Both the position numbers and the translations under genes were made by a program. Below, one piece after another: positions 20,400-28,990 of a DNA stretch of 64,000 nt. The notes beneath the pieces are model-generated. The model saw nothing but the letters and a program-made list of their open reading frames with translations. It made no database searches and had not been told where the DNA came from. The stretch spans positions 17,308 through 81,307 of the forward strand of contig DATIHJ010000008.1 in NCBI GenBank assembly GCA_035480855.1. The letters are read 5' to 3'. Numbering within the stretch: position 1 is the stretch's first letter; the number at the start of each line of letters is the position of its first letter. The DNA is from Patescibacteria group bacterium. GTDB lineage: Bacteria > Patescibacteriota > Saccharimonadia > Saccharimonadales > JANWIN01.

Positions 20400-20717
20400 G
20401 TGAGTGAGTTCTGTGAGCTGGTTTTAACTTGTGGAAATCAAATAGAAGCTAACAAAATTAGCAAAGCACTTTTAGGTAAACGTTTAGTAGCCTGTGTAAG
20501 GCAATTTCCCGTTAGTTCTGCCTATTGGTGGAAAGGAAAGATAGAAAAAGATAGTGAAATACTACTTTTAATGGAGGGCAAAGAACATTTATTCGATAAA
20601 ATCGAAGCTATTGTCCTAAAACTCCATAGCTACGAAACGCCAGGTCTATACATGAAAAAAATGCTACGCGTTAGTGATAAAGCCGCTAAATGGCTGGAAG
20701 CAGAAACCAATGGCTAA
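20400..20717 (+). CDS. cutA: CutA1 divalent-cation tolerance protein
   Basis: 105 aa with LVACV...SAYWWKG...E.LLLMEGKE pattern of the CutA family; GTG start 1 nt after the dnaK stop. Confidence 0.6.
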   Translation: MSEFCELVLTCGNQIEANKISKALLGKRLVACVRQFPVSSAYWWKGKIEKDSEILLLMEGKEHLFDKIEAIVLKLHSYETPGLYMKKMLRVSDKAAKWLEAETNG

Positions 20718-21780
20718 ACGAGACTACTATGATGTTCTAGGGATTGGTAAGTCCGCTTCGCCGGATGAGATTAAAAAGGCTTTTCGAAAAGCTGCAATTG
20801 AACACCATCCAGATAAAGAGGGTGGGAACGAAGAAAAGTTCAAAGAGGTCAACGAAGCTTATGAAGTACTTAGCAATCCAGACAAACGCAAACGCTATGA
20901 CCAATTTGGCCACGCTGGTGTGGGCAGCAGTGCGTCTAGTGATGGCGGTAATCCGTTTGCTGGCTTTGGCGGGCAAGGCCAAAACATTAATTTTGACTTT
21001 GGTGATCTGGGTCTGGGCGATATATTTGGAAGCTTTTTTGGTGGCGGTCAGCAACGCAGCAGCCGCCAGACTCGTGGTCGCGATGTAGAAACAGCGATTG
21101 ACCTAAGCTTCGAACAAGCAGTATTTGGCACAGAAGCTGACTTGCACCTCAAACTAGAAGATACTTGTGAACATTGTAAAGGGAGTACTGTGGAGCCTGG
21201 GCACGAGATGATAACTTGCGATACTTGCAATGGTTCAGGCCAAACAGTGCGCGTGACACGAACAGTGTTTGGTAACATACAACAAGCTAGTGTTTGCCCT
21301 ACTTGTAAAGGTACTGGCAAAGTACCAGAAAAAGTTTGCACTGTTTGCCATGGCAAGGGCACTCAGGCCAAAAATCAAGACATTACGCTCAAAGTACCAG
21401 CTGGTGTAGACGATGGTGCCACTATTCGTTTGCGCGAGCACGGTGAGGCTATAGCAAATGGCCCCAAGGGCGATTTGTTTGTAAACATCCGGGTAAAGCC
21501 GCACAAACAATTCACTCGAGAGGGCGACCTTATTCTTAGCGAGGAACATGTAGATATGGTAGATGCGGCACTAGGTACAGAAATTGATGTAGATACTGTG
21601 GACGGTGCCGTTCGTATGAAAGTGCCCGCTGGCACCCAGAGCGGCAGCGACTTTAAGCTATCTGGCCACGGTGTACCGCACCTAAGCGGCCACAGCCGGG
21701 GTGCCCACATAGTTACAATTGTAGTAGACACCCCAACCAAACTCTCCCGTAAGCAACAAGAACTACTGCGAGAGCTTTAA
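20710..21780 (+). CDS. dnaJ: chaperone DnaJ
   Basis: J-domain (DYYDVLGI...HPDK), Gly/Phe-rich linker, four CxxCxGxG zinc-finger repeats; the ATG at 20710 begins the J domain, and the track ORF extends 36 nt upstream. Confidence 0.9.
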   Translation: MAKRDYYDVLGIGKSASPDEIKKAFRKAAIEHHPDKEGGNEEKFKEVNEAYEVLSNPDKRKRYDQFGHAGVGSSASSDGGNPFAGFGGQGQNINFDFGDLGLGDIFGSFFGGGQQRSSRQTRGRDVETAIDLSFEQAVFGTEADLHLKLEDTCEHCKGSTVEPGHEMITCDTCNGSGQTVRVTRTVFGNIQQASVCPTCKGTGKVPEKVCTVCHGKGTQAKNQDITLKVPAGVDDGATIRLREHGEAIANGPKGDLFVNIRVKPHKQFTREGDLILSEEHVDMVDAALGTEIDVDTVDGAVRMKVPAGTQSGSDFKLSGHGVPHLSGHSRGAHIVTIVVDTPTKLSRKQQELLREL

Positions 21781-22592
21781 GCTGCTTCGGCTAGCTTTAT
21801 GCCCTCAATAAGATATGATTGAATTCTTTGTCCTTGGCTTTCAAGGAAAGCAATCACTTTTTTAATTTGCACAATATCCTCAGCACTCATTTTGCTCACA
21901 GCATTCCTTGTACTCTCTGTCTTACTAGCATATTTGGCTTCAAACATCTTAAGGTCAGCCCGGGCGAATACACTTTCGGCACTTTCTCCTGGTTCACGTT
22001 GGGCGCTGCCGCTCGATATTTTTACGTTTAATTTTTCAAACTTAGTTCCTGATAACAGTTGACTAAGAGCAGTGTTAACTTTTGCCATCTGGATTTTTGC
22101 TTCGGTATCTGAATCCGAAGTTCGAACTTGCCTCTTTTCGCTAGCTTTATTAATAGAAAAGACTGCAAATTCATCACCACCCAGTCTGGCTATACTGTCA
22201 CTAGATGTTTTTTCACGAGAACCATGACCAGCTATATCCGTTTCTCTTTGAAAACTACTTTTAAATGCCTCCCCAACTATATTTAGTAATTCGTCTCCAT
22301 CTTTATGACCCAATAAGTCGTTTACTGCTTTGAAACCATCTAGATCGGTCACATATACTCTTAGACTATCTTCTGGCTCCAAGCTTTCAATAGTTGATGT
22401 TAACTGATCGCGCCAAGAACTTTCATTTAGGAGATTTGTCTTGGGGTCAATATTAATTCGGTCTGATAATCTACTAGCAGCCTCAACAGCTATAGGTAAA
22501 ATATCATCATGATGCACTGGCAAAGCTGGATTTGAGATGGATTCGGCTAGGTTAAATTGCGGCGCGAGGCCACCTTTGGTTGTTTCTGACAT
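21777..22592 (-). CDS. GGDEF-domain protein (putative diguanylate cyclase), no obvious sensor domain
   Basis: DLDGFKAVNDLLGHKDGDELL...RLGGDEFAV...ARADLKMFEAKYASK follows the GGDEF-domain consensus including the GGDEF active-site motif; start taken at MSETTKGG (22592). Confidence 0.7.
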   Translation of the reverse strand: MSETTKGGLAPQFNLAESISNPALPVHHDDILPIAVEAASRLSDRINIDPKTNLLNESSWRDQLTSTIESLEPEDSLRVYVTDLDGFKAVNDLLGHKDGDELLNIVGEAFKSSFQRETDIAGHGSREKTSSDSIARLGGDEFAVFSINKASEKRQVRTSDSDTEAKIQMAKVNTALSQLLSGTKFEKLNVKISSGSAQREPGESAESVFARADLKMFEAKYASKTESTRNAVSKMSAEDIVQIKKVIAFLESQGQRIQSYLIEGIKLAEAA

Positions 22593-22637
22593 TTTGTATT
22601 TTTTGTTTTGACGTTTATGTCTATAATCAATAATAAC

Positions 22638-22751
22638 ATGAAAAAGCTTAAGCATGAACAGCAGGGGTTCATACCCATGTTAATTGCCGTATTTATTATT
22701 GTTGTGGCCATAATAGTTTTTGCCTATCTTAGAGTGCGTTCCCAGAAGTAG
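22638..22751 (+). CDS. putative 37-aa single-pass membrane peptide
   Basis: Hand-translated MKKLKHEQQGFIPMLIAVFIIVVAIIVFAYLRVRSQK; one hydrophobic helix, charged ends; not in the ORF track because of its length. Confidence 0.25.
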   Translation: MKKLKHEQQGFIPMLIAVFIIVVAIIVFAYLRVRSQK

Positions 22752-22792
22752 CTCTTGAAATAAAACTATTATAGTGTTATAATATAGTTATT

Positions 22793-23824
22793 GTGAGTGA
22801 TTTATTACCTGAACCTGATTTTTTGGATCTTATTCAACCTGACAGGGATGAATACATTGCCGCTAACGGTTCTGATGCTGCAATTGAATATGACCAAATA
22901 TTAATTTATCTTAAAGACCTATTTGAGCAGCGCAAGCAAAGCATAGCCGATTTTTCTACCTACAACTTACCGCAGCTACCAGATGGTGAAGCTGACACAA
23001 TTTATGAACGCCTTCAAGAAGCTGAACGTCTATCTGCAAGCCCAAGACTACTAGTTGATGATTATAAAAAAGGTACAGCTAAATCATATAATGACTTATG
23101 GATAAAAAGTACGGCATCTCCAGTTGTTCTTACGGCTGAACATGCAACTAGCCAAAAGAGGGTCAACCACATAAGTCAAAAACGTGAACTAAAAGATGCA
23201 GATTTTGGAACAGGCGGCCTTGTGAGACTACTTCACGAAGACACAAATAATTCCGCAATCATAAGTACTGGTCGACAGACCAAAGACCCAAATAATGATA
23301 TGGAACATCCACTTAAGAAAGTTTTGGGAGAAATAATTAAAAACAGGCAACAGAGCCGAGCGCACATAAGCATACATGGCTCAAAACGAACTCGTTTTGC
23401 CCGTCTAACGGACTCAAAAAACTTCGGTGTGATGCTTGGGATTGGTGACGAACCGACAGATGATACTCTGGAAGCTAGTGAAAGAATTGTAGATATTGGT
23501 AAAAACTACGATTTGAGGGTAGTTATTAACCAAGATTTTGTTGCTATGGAGGCTAAGCCGGTAATGCCAAAGAGAAAACCTTACGGAAGTCTGAAGACGA
23601 TTTCATATTCGGCCCGGTACCCAGGTACCACACGTGCATTTGCACAGCGCACAGCTGCCGGGCTTGAAACTCTACGGCCATTTGTAGCCATCCAGTTTGA
23701 GCTAAGCGATGTACTACGTGTTATGCCAACTGACTATGAAATATACCCCGGCGACCAGTCGCAACGCATGGGTACATATATTGGCTATCTTTTTATAAAA
23801 GAAGCTCTGAACACACTGGCCTAA
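22793..23824 (+). CDS. N-formylglutamate amidohydrolase (FGase)-like zinc amidohydrolase family protein
   Basis: VVLTAEHATS and ISIHGS motifs resemble the EHxx / H metal-binding motifs of the FGase (HutG-like) family; GTG start; assignment is tentative. Confidence 0.4.
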   Translation: MSDLLPEPDFLDLIQPDRDEYIAANGSDAAIEYDQILIYLKDLFEQRKQSIADFSTYNLPQLPDGEADTIYERLQEAERLSASPRLLVDDYKKGTAKSYNDLWIKSTASPVVLTAEHATSQKRVNHISQKRELKDADFGTGGLVRLLHEDTNNSAIISTGRQTKDPNNDMEHPLKKVLGEIIKNRQQSRAHISIHGSKRTRFARLTDSKNFGVMLGIGDEPTDDTLEASERIVDIGKNYDLRVVINQDFVAMEAKPVMPKRKPYGSLKTISYSARYPGTTRAFAQRTAAGLETLRPFVAIQFELSDVLRVMPTDYEIYPGDQSQRMGTYIGYLFIKEALNTLA

Positions 23825-23974
23825 ACAAGCTTGGTTTTATCCGTTAGCCGTGCCATAATCCAGCCATACCTTGCAAAATCTACAAAACGCTCAAGGTATT
23901 GTAAAAAAGCGTAGAATATGTTAGTATTAGGTGCTTTAACACTTTGGTTGAGCATTTTATAGAGAAAACTTATT

Positions 23975-25354
23975 ATGACGATTCAGAATTTACCCCTTGA
24001 ATACAACAAAAGCACGCCAATTGGTGTCGTAGGCACTGATCCGTACAATTTTTTGCTATACCAAAAATTCTTTGATGATTTTCAGATTATTACAGAGGTC
24101 AAACAAGATTGGCTACACGACCTTCCCATAGACGATAAGGTGAAGCTGACATGGCTAGGCCGGTCTAAACAATACGGAGAATCCCCAACACGTATGTTAC
24201 GCTCCAAAAAATTTGTAGAGATGGTCAAGGCTGATCCTAAGCGTAAATATGTACTGTATTCACCACTAGATCCTCCATACAAGGTCAATCCGCTAACCTA
24301 CCTCATGAACTCTCCAACTATTGCCCATGCATATGAGAATAAGCGTTATTTCCGTGATGAGTTTGCTGATCTTATACGAGTACCAGAGTATGAAATTAGA
24401 TACATGGGCGATCTAGATCGTGCCGCCGCATACCGTGACTTGCGTGAAAGGTTTGGCGGATCATTTGTGCTCCAAGACGAGGAATCGTCTGGCTCAAAGG
24501 GCACTTATGTCATCCACGACCAAGACGAATATGTTGATGCCGTAAAGAATCTCAAAAAATATTCAGAGGGCCGCACCATTGTAGTATCCCAGTTTCTAAA
24601 GGGAGAAAACTCAAGCATCCAAGTTTGTATTACAAAGCATGGTATTTTTAGCGGTGGTATTCAACGCCAATTGCTAGATAGTAAGTATCTTTGTAATCCT
24701 AAACTAGCTGGCGCAAGCAAATGGTGTGGTGGTGAAGTTGGTACCACTTATCCAGATATTGTCAGGCACCAAGCCCAAGAAATTGCTACCATTGTGGGTT
24801 CTGAACTAGCTAGCCATGGCTACAAAGGTATATTTGGAATCGACTTGATAGTAACACCAACCAATGAAGTCTATGCTATAGAAATAAATGCCCGCTTAAC
24901 TGGTTACTCTCACATAATTAGTGAGTTAGAGCTACTAGAAGGCAAAATACCCATGATGCTCTTACATGCGCTTGAGCTTGGTAACTTTAAATACGAAATT
25001 ACTGACCTCGAGGCACTGCCAAGTAGCGGTGTATACAAAAAGCCCGTGTCACTGTTAATTATGAATAATCCTCTGGCAGAAGACATTACTCTAAAGAACT
25101 ATATTCGTCCTGGTCTGTATAAGTACAAAGACGGTAAAATAAGCTTTGTAAAAGAAGCTTACTCTATAGATACGCTCAAGGGTGATGACACATTTCTAAT
25201 TTTTTCTCGCCATAACACAGGGGACACTATTGAGTCTGGTAAGAGAATACTTAAAATAGCTAAATTTGGTAAAACAATGTCTAAGGGTGAACTCAACACT
25301 AAGACGCAAGATCTGACCAAAGCAATCAAGAAACACTTTAAGTTACCCCAGTAA
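23975..25354 (+). CDS. ATP-grasp domain protein (putative carboxylate-amine ligase)
   Basis: C-terminal half has ATP-grasp hallmarks (GIFGIDLIVTPTNEVYAIEINARLTG; Lys/Glu-rich nucleotide-binding region). Confidence 0.55.
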   Translation: MTIQNLPLEYNKSTPIGVVGTDPYNFLLYQKFFDDFQIITEVKQDWLHDLPIDDKVKLTWLGRSKQYGESPTRMLRSKKFVEMVKADPKRKYVLYSPLDPPYKVNPLTYLMNSPTIAHAYENKRYFRDEFADLIRVPEYEIRYMGDLDRAAAYRDLRERFGGSFVLQDEESSGSKGTYVIHDQDEYVDAVKNLKKYSEGRTIVVSQFLKGENSSIQVCITKHGIFSGGIQRQLLDSKYLCNPKLAGASKWCGGEVGTTYPDIVRHQAQEIATIVGSELASHGYKGIFGIDLIVTPTNEVYAIEINARLTGYSHIISELELLEGKIPMMLLHALELGNFKYEITDLEALPSSGVYKKPVSLLIMNNPLAEDITLKNYIRPGLYKYKDGKISFVKEAYSIDTLKGDDTFLIFSRHNTGDTIESGKRILKIAKFGKTMSKGELNTKTQDLTKAIKKHFKLPQ

Positions 25355-25394
25355 ATTTCAGACTTCATCAAAGCTAACATGCTATCATAAGCGC

Positions 25395-25883
25395 ATGATG
25401 CCGCTTATTGTTATAGGCCTGATAGTTGGTTTGCCAATTTTACTGACGTTACTCATGAGGACTAATGCCGCGATAGTGGTGCTAGCGCTATGCGCGGGTG
25501 CGGTGCTGCAGAAATTTGCTGGAGCAGATACTACCACGCTTTTTAACTCGTTTTCGTCTAATAGCAATGTAGTGACGGTAAGTGCCATCCAGCTTACTCT
25601 GCTGTTTTTGCCTGCCTTGCTGACAATTATATTTTGGCGCAAAAGTATGCGCGGAAGTAAGATGCTCATTAACCTAGTTCCAGCAGTAGGTGGTGGATTG
25701 CTTGCTGCTCTTTTAGCAGTGCCACTACTATCACCTGGCTTACGCCATAATGTGCAGATTAGCCAGGCATGGACCACTCTCCAACAGTTTCAAAGTGCCA
25801 TAGTGGCTGCAACACTTCTAGCAAGCTTCTTAATACTTTGGACAAGTCACCCAAAGCATCCTAAAGACAAAAAGCACAAATAG
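25395..25883 (+). CDS. integral membrane protein, unknown function
   Basis: 162 aa with 4-5 hydrophobic helices and a Lys-rich C-terminal tail. Confidence 0.4.
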   Translation: MMPLIVIGLIVGLPILLTLLMRTNAAIVVLALCAGAVLQKFAGADTTTLFNSFSSNSNVVTVSAIQLTLLFLPALLTIIFWRKSMRGSKMLINLVPAVGGGLLAALLAVPLLSPGLRHNVQISQAWTTLQQFQSAIVAATLLASFLILWTSHPKHPKDKKHK

Positions 25884-25935
25884 TTAATGAGCTAACTGAA
25901 TCTGGGTTTTGTGTAAACTAAGTTAGACACACAAT

Positions 25936-26739
25936 CTAGACACAAGAATAGTCGTAATCTAGATTTTTTGAGACAAACTGGGTTAGCGTTACGGTACTAC
26001 CTGGTGTAAGTGGTGTTACAGAACAATTTGTTTGGGCAGAAGATTGAGATCTTGCTCCGGGAATCCAGTTTTTAAGGTTTAGTAAATTACTTTCAGTGCT
26101 AGGAACTCCGGCTATTTGACCCCATTGAGTGCTTGTAGAGTAAATGCCTACATTTGCACCGATAGAATGAAAGTAAGCAGTCATACCTTCAAGATCCGCT
26201 GTGTTTGTAGATTTATTAGTCTCCCAACTATTGCCGGTTTCAACATCTAACCACCATAAATAGCTTGAAGGATTACTTACACCCCGGATATTAGCGTCGT
26301 CATATGCTTTTGCATAACCGTATATGTAGGCACAGGCTGTAGTATCGCTGCCGTCGCAGGTTCCGTAAGCATTACTAACAGTGGTACCACCATAAGAATT
26401 TGAAGAAGGCCACCAAGAGCCAGTAAGCCCTGGATTGGCTGTATTAACGTATAGGGCAACATTATCCTGTCCAGTTCCACCAGTAGATTTCTGAGCCCAG
26501 GAAAGCTCTGTAGCAAAACAAGGATTAGTGGTGTTGGCAAGACCATTATTCACCCCAACAATTCCAAAAGCCTGTCCCTTTGGTAGACTTTTACTGCACT
26601 GCGGCCATGATATATCGTTGCCTAGTAATACGGGAGGTGTTGTTGGTGTGGGCTTGGCTGCAAATGCAACACCACCCGAGAATAGTAAGACGATAAAAGC
26701 GACAGCAAGTGCTGATATTTTGATGAGAAATTTATTCAT
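25936..26739 (-). CDS. secreted GH25-like (lysozyme/DUF1906-like) glycoside hydrolase family protein
   Basis: Signal peptide; GNDISWPQC...GQAFGIVGVNNG resembles the GH25 N-terminal GxDxSxxQ...GxxFxI pattern; assignment is tentative. Confidence 0.4.
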   Translation of the reverse strand: MNKFLIKISALAVAFIVLLFSGGVAFAAKPTPTTPPVLLGNDISWPQCSKSLPKGQAFGIVGVNNGLANTTNPCFATELSWAQKSTGGTGQDNVALYVNTANPGLTGSWWPSSNSYGGTTVSNAYGTCDGSDTTACAYIYGYAKAYDDANIRGVSNPSSYLWWLDVETGNSWETNKSTNTADLEGMTAYFHSIGANVGIYSTSTQWGQIAGVPSTESNLLNLKNWIPGARSQSSAQTNCSVTPLTPGSTVTLTQFVSKNLDYDYSCV

Positions 26740-26773
26740 ACCTTTATTATAACAAAAGGGTTGTGCTATTAAC

Positions 26774-27193
26774 TTAGGTAGCTTTGTCGCCCTGAAACAT
26801 CCATCGTATTCCGTGTTTATCTGTTAGGGCTCCATAAGCACCAAACGGCATGTCTACAAGCTTATCAATAGTACTAGGGTCAGCTCCTTCTGAGAGTTTA
26901 TTGAAGTATTTCTTGAGTTCAGAATTAGTTGCTCTACTAATGTAAAGGCAAACAGTATTGCCTTGCTTTAGGATTCTTGTGGGATGGAGCCAATCAGAAG
27001 CAGTTATTTCAATCGGGCCACTTTGGAGTTGAGCATGTACAATCTTATTTTGCTTATCTGAAGGAAATTGTGCTGACATAGTAGATTCGCCCACCGTAGT
27101 GATGTCTAGTTCTCCGCCCAAACACTCCTTATAAAAGTTCAAAGCTTCTTTGCAGTTGCCGTCAAATAGCAAATAAGAACCAAATTTAGTCAT
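26774..27193 (-). CDS. VOC/glyoxalase-family protein (PhnB-like)
   Basis: 139 aa with PhnB-like VOC fold; N-terminal LLFDGNCKEALNFYKECLGGEL motif. Confidence 0.6.
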   Translation of the reverse strand: MTKFGSYLLFDGNCKEALNFYKECLGGELDITTVGESTMSAQFPSDKQNKIVHAQLQSGPIEITASDWLHPTRILKQGNTVCLYISRATNSELKKYFNKLSEGADPSTIDKLVDMPFGAYGALTDKHGIRWMFQGDKAT

Positions 27194-27218
27194 ATTGAAA
27201 GAATAACATAAGCCGTTC

Positions 27219-27251
27219 TGGAGGAGCTAAGTGAAAACTATTACAACTAAA
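27219..27251 (-). repeat. degenerate copy (E0) of the 33-bp tRNA-Lys 3'-end-like repeat
   Basis: TGGAGGAGCTAAGTGAAAACTATTACAACTAAA against the consensus TGGAGGGCCTTAGTGGAAAGTATTGTAACTAAA; lies 3' of gene 27300..27761. Confidence 0.6.
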
Positions 27252-27299
27252 TAGCAAGAGATTCCTAAGTTGTTTATCTCGACTTAAGTTTACAAACCA

Positions 27300-27761
27300 T
27301 TAATGTGACCAATGAGTTGTTACGAATACCCCAATTATTATCAAAACCACTAGTAAGCTAATTAATATTGCATTTCTTCGCTTAAATACTTTGACTCCAG
27401 AAGCTATAAAGGCGTCTTCCCAATCCGAAAACTTTCTGTCATCATTGGCGCTATCGACAGCCTTATAAGGCTGGAATGATAACCCTTCGGGCCGCTTTTG
27501 CAACGGTATAATATTGAGCTTAAGTTTTGAGTAGCGACCAGCGGCCATCACATAGAATTTTTTGATTTCGTTTGTTGGTATCTTTACAAGTGTTTCGCCA
27601 TTAAGATTTGTGAATGTAAAAATACTGTTTTCTAACTTCGCTATGCCTTCTGTTGGCTTTATAAGCTCTTTTATAGCTTGTCCAACGGACGTTGATGACT
27701 GACCTTTATACCATAGTGCGTGAGTTTGAATTGATTGACTAAGTTTACTTTGGTTTAGCAT
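27300..27761 (-). CDS. hypothetical tail-anchored membrane protein (array cassette)
   Basis: 153 aa, soluble N-terminal domain plus a C-terminal transmembrane helix; no motif recognised. Confidence 0.4.
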   Translation of the reverse strand: MLNQSKLSQSIQTHALWYKGQSSTSVGQAIKELIKPTEGIAKLENSIFTFTNLNGETLVKIPTNEIKKFYVMAAGRYSKLKLNIIPLQKRPEGLSFQPYKAVDSANDDRKFSDWEDAFIASGVKVFKRRNAILISLLVVLIIIGVFVTTHWSH

Positions 27762-27770
27762 GCGCTAAGT

Positions 27771-27798
27771 ATAACAAAAAGAGCCCCCTTAGGGCTCT
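27771..27798 (-). terminator. hairpin plus T-run (intrinsic-terminator-like) placed immediately before the next cassette start
   Basis: Minus strand reads AGAGCCC-TAAGG-GGGCTCT followed by TTTTTGTTAT; an equivalent hairpin lies at 29654-29678, and a weaker one at about 28376-28394. Confidence 0.4.
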
Positions 27799-27828
27799 TG
27801 GTTGCAATTGGTACAACTAGGGATAGAT

Positions 27829-27861
27829 TGGAGGGCCTTAGTGGAAAGTATTGCAACTAAA
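27829..27861 (-). repeat. 33-bp tRNA-Lys 3'-end-like repeat, copy E1
   Basis: TGGAGGGCCTTAGTGGAAAGTATTGCAACTAAA (32 of 33 to consensus); supplies the TAG stop of gene 27857..28354. Confidence 0.85.
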
Positions 27862-28354
27862 ATTCAGGCGACTCACCCGACAATAATGCAAATCCCTTTT
27901 GCATAGCCACAAATTCAACATTATCTAAGCCCTTGCCAGGAGTTGTTGCTTTGTCTAATTCGTTTTCAGCAAACCAACCAAACTCTGAATGGTCTTCTGG
28001 ATTTAACGCGATACTGCCTAATTCACTAATGAATCTTGCAAAATATACTACTTCAATTGAATGTGAGCCTTTTACTTCATTGGTGTAAGTAAACACATAA
28101 AATGGGTCGCCAACTTCAATCTCCATTCCAAATTCTTCGTCAATCTCACGCTTTAATCCATCAACTGGATTTTCTCCAAAATCTATATGTCCACCAGGAA
28201 GTTCATTGACACTAGGCAAAAACTTCTTTGTTTCTGCTCGTTTTGGCAAAAACACCTTTTCAACGCCATCAAAGTTGTGATGGATAAAAGCACAGGCAGT
28301 AATTACCTGCTGTCCTTGAGCTGGTGTTTCGCTATCGTGGGATACATTTGTCAT
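27857..28354 (-). CDS. NUDIX hydrolase (array cassette)
   Basis: Nudix box GGHIDFGENPVDGLKREIDEEFG. Confidence 0.7.
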   Translation of the reverse strand: MTNVSHDSETPAQGQQVITACAFIHHNFDGVEKVFLPKRAETKKFLPSVNELPGGHIDFGENPVDGLKREIDEEFGMEIEVGDPFYVFTYTNEVKGSHSIEVVYFARFISELGSIALNPEDHSEFGWFAENELDKATTPGKGLDNVEFVAMQKGFALLSGESPEF

Positions 28355-28435
28355 TGCTATATCATATCAAACTAAAAGAGCTATAGCGGCTCTTTGGTTC
28401 AGACTTTCCTACTAGGGTCATCTGTAAGGTCAAAA

Positions 28436-28468
28436 TGGAGGGCCTTAGTGGAAACTATTGTAACTAAA
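28436..28468 (-). repeat. 33-bp tRNA-Lys 3'-end-like repeat, copy E2
   Basis: TGGAGGGCCTTAGTGGAAACTATTGTAACTAAA (32 of 33 to consensus). Confidence 0.85.
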
Positions 28469-28493
28469 ATTAATTCAACTAAACCAACAATTG

Positions 28494-28904
28494 CTAATGT
28501 CTATGGATAGACTTTTTGATAGTATTCGGCAGCTTCCAAACGAGTAATAAGGCAACAACAAATAATAAAACATCAACCACGAACGCTAAAGTATAAAAAG
28601 TGTGCACATACCTATCTTTCAGGTTCACACAATAAGGGTCCTCTGGATTTTTATAGCTATAAGGTACTGGCCAACCAGCTTTGGTGCTGAAATATTCTCC
28701 AAAGATTGATCCTACACCTGCACATAAATCATTGGTTGTATTTGGTCTACTAATTGATAAAAATGATAAAAATCTAGGCGGTGTGCTAGAGCCATAGTTA
28801 CTGTCTGTCAAAGCTACAGTTGAAGATACTTTTATGGTCACTGAAGCCAGCAGTAAAGAAATTAACAGCAGTAAAAGTAATCTTGATAATTTCTTACTCA
28901 TCAA
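28494..28904 (-). CDS. hypothetical secreted/membrane protein (array cassette)
   Basis: 136 aa; Leu-rich signal peptide or anchor and a C-terminal transmembrane helix. Confidence 0.4.
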   Translation of the reverse strand: MMSKKLSRLLLLLLISLLLASVTIKVSSTVALTDSNYGSSTPPRFLSFLSISRPNTTNDLCAGVGSIFGEYFSTKAGWPVPYSYKNPEDPYCVNLKDRYVHTFYTLAFVVDVLLFVVALLLVWKLPNTIKKSIHRH

Positions 28905-28930
28905 ACAAAGTATAACAAACTACTTATGTT

Positions 28931-28963
28931 TGGAGGGCCTTAGTGGAAAGTATTGTAACTAAA
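28931..28963 (-). repeat. 33-bp tRNA-Lys 3'-end-like repeat, copy E3
   Basis: TGGAGGGCCTTAGTGGAAAGTATTGTAACTAAA (consensus). Confidence 0.85.
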
Positions 28964-28990
28964 CTCACTACGACTAAGCCGTTTATGATG

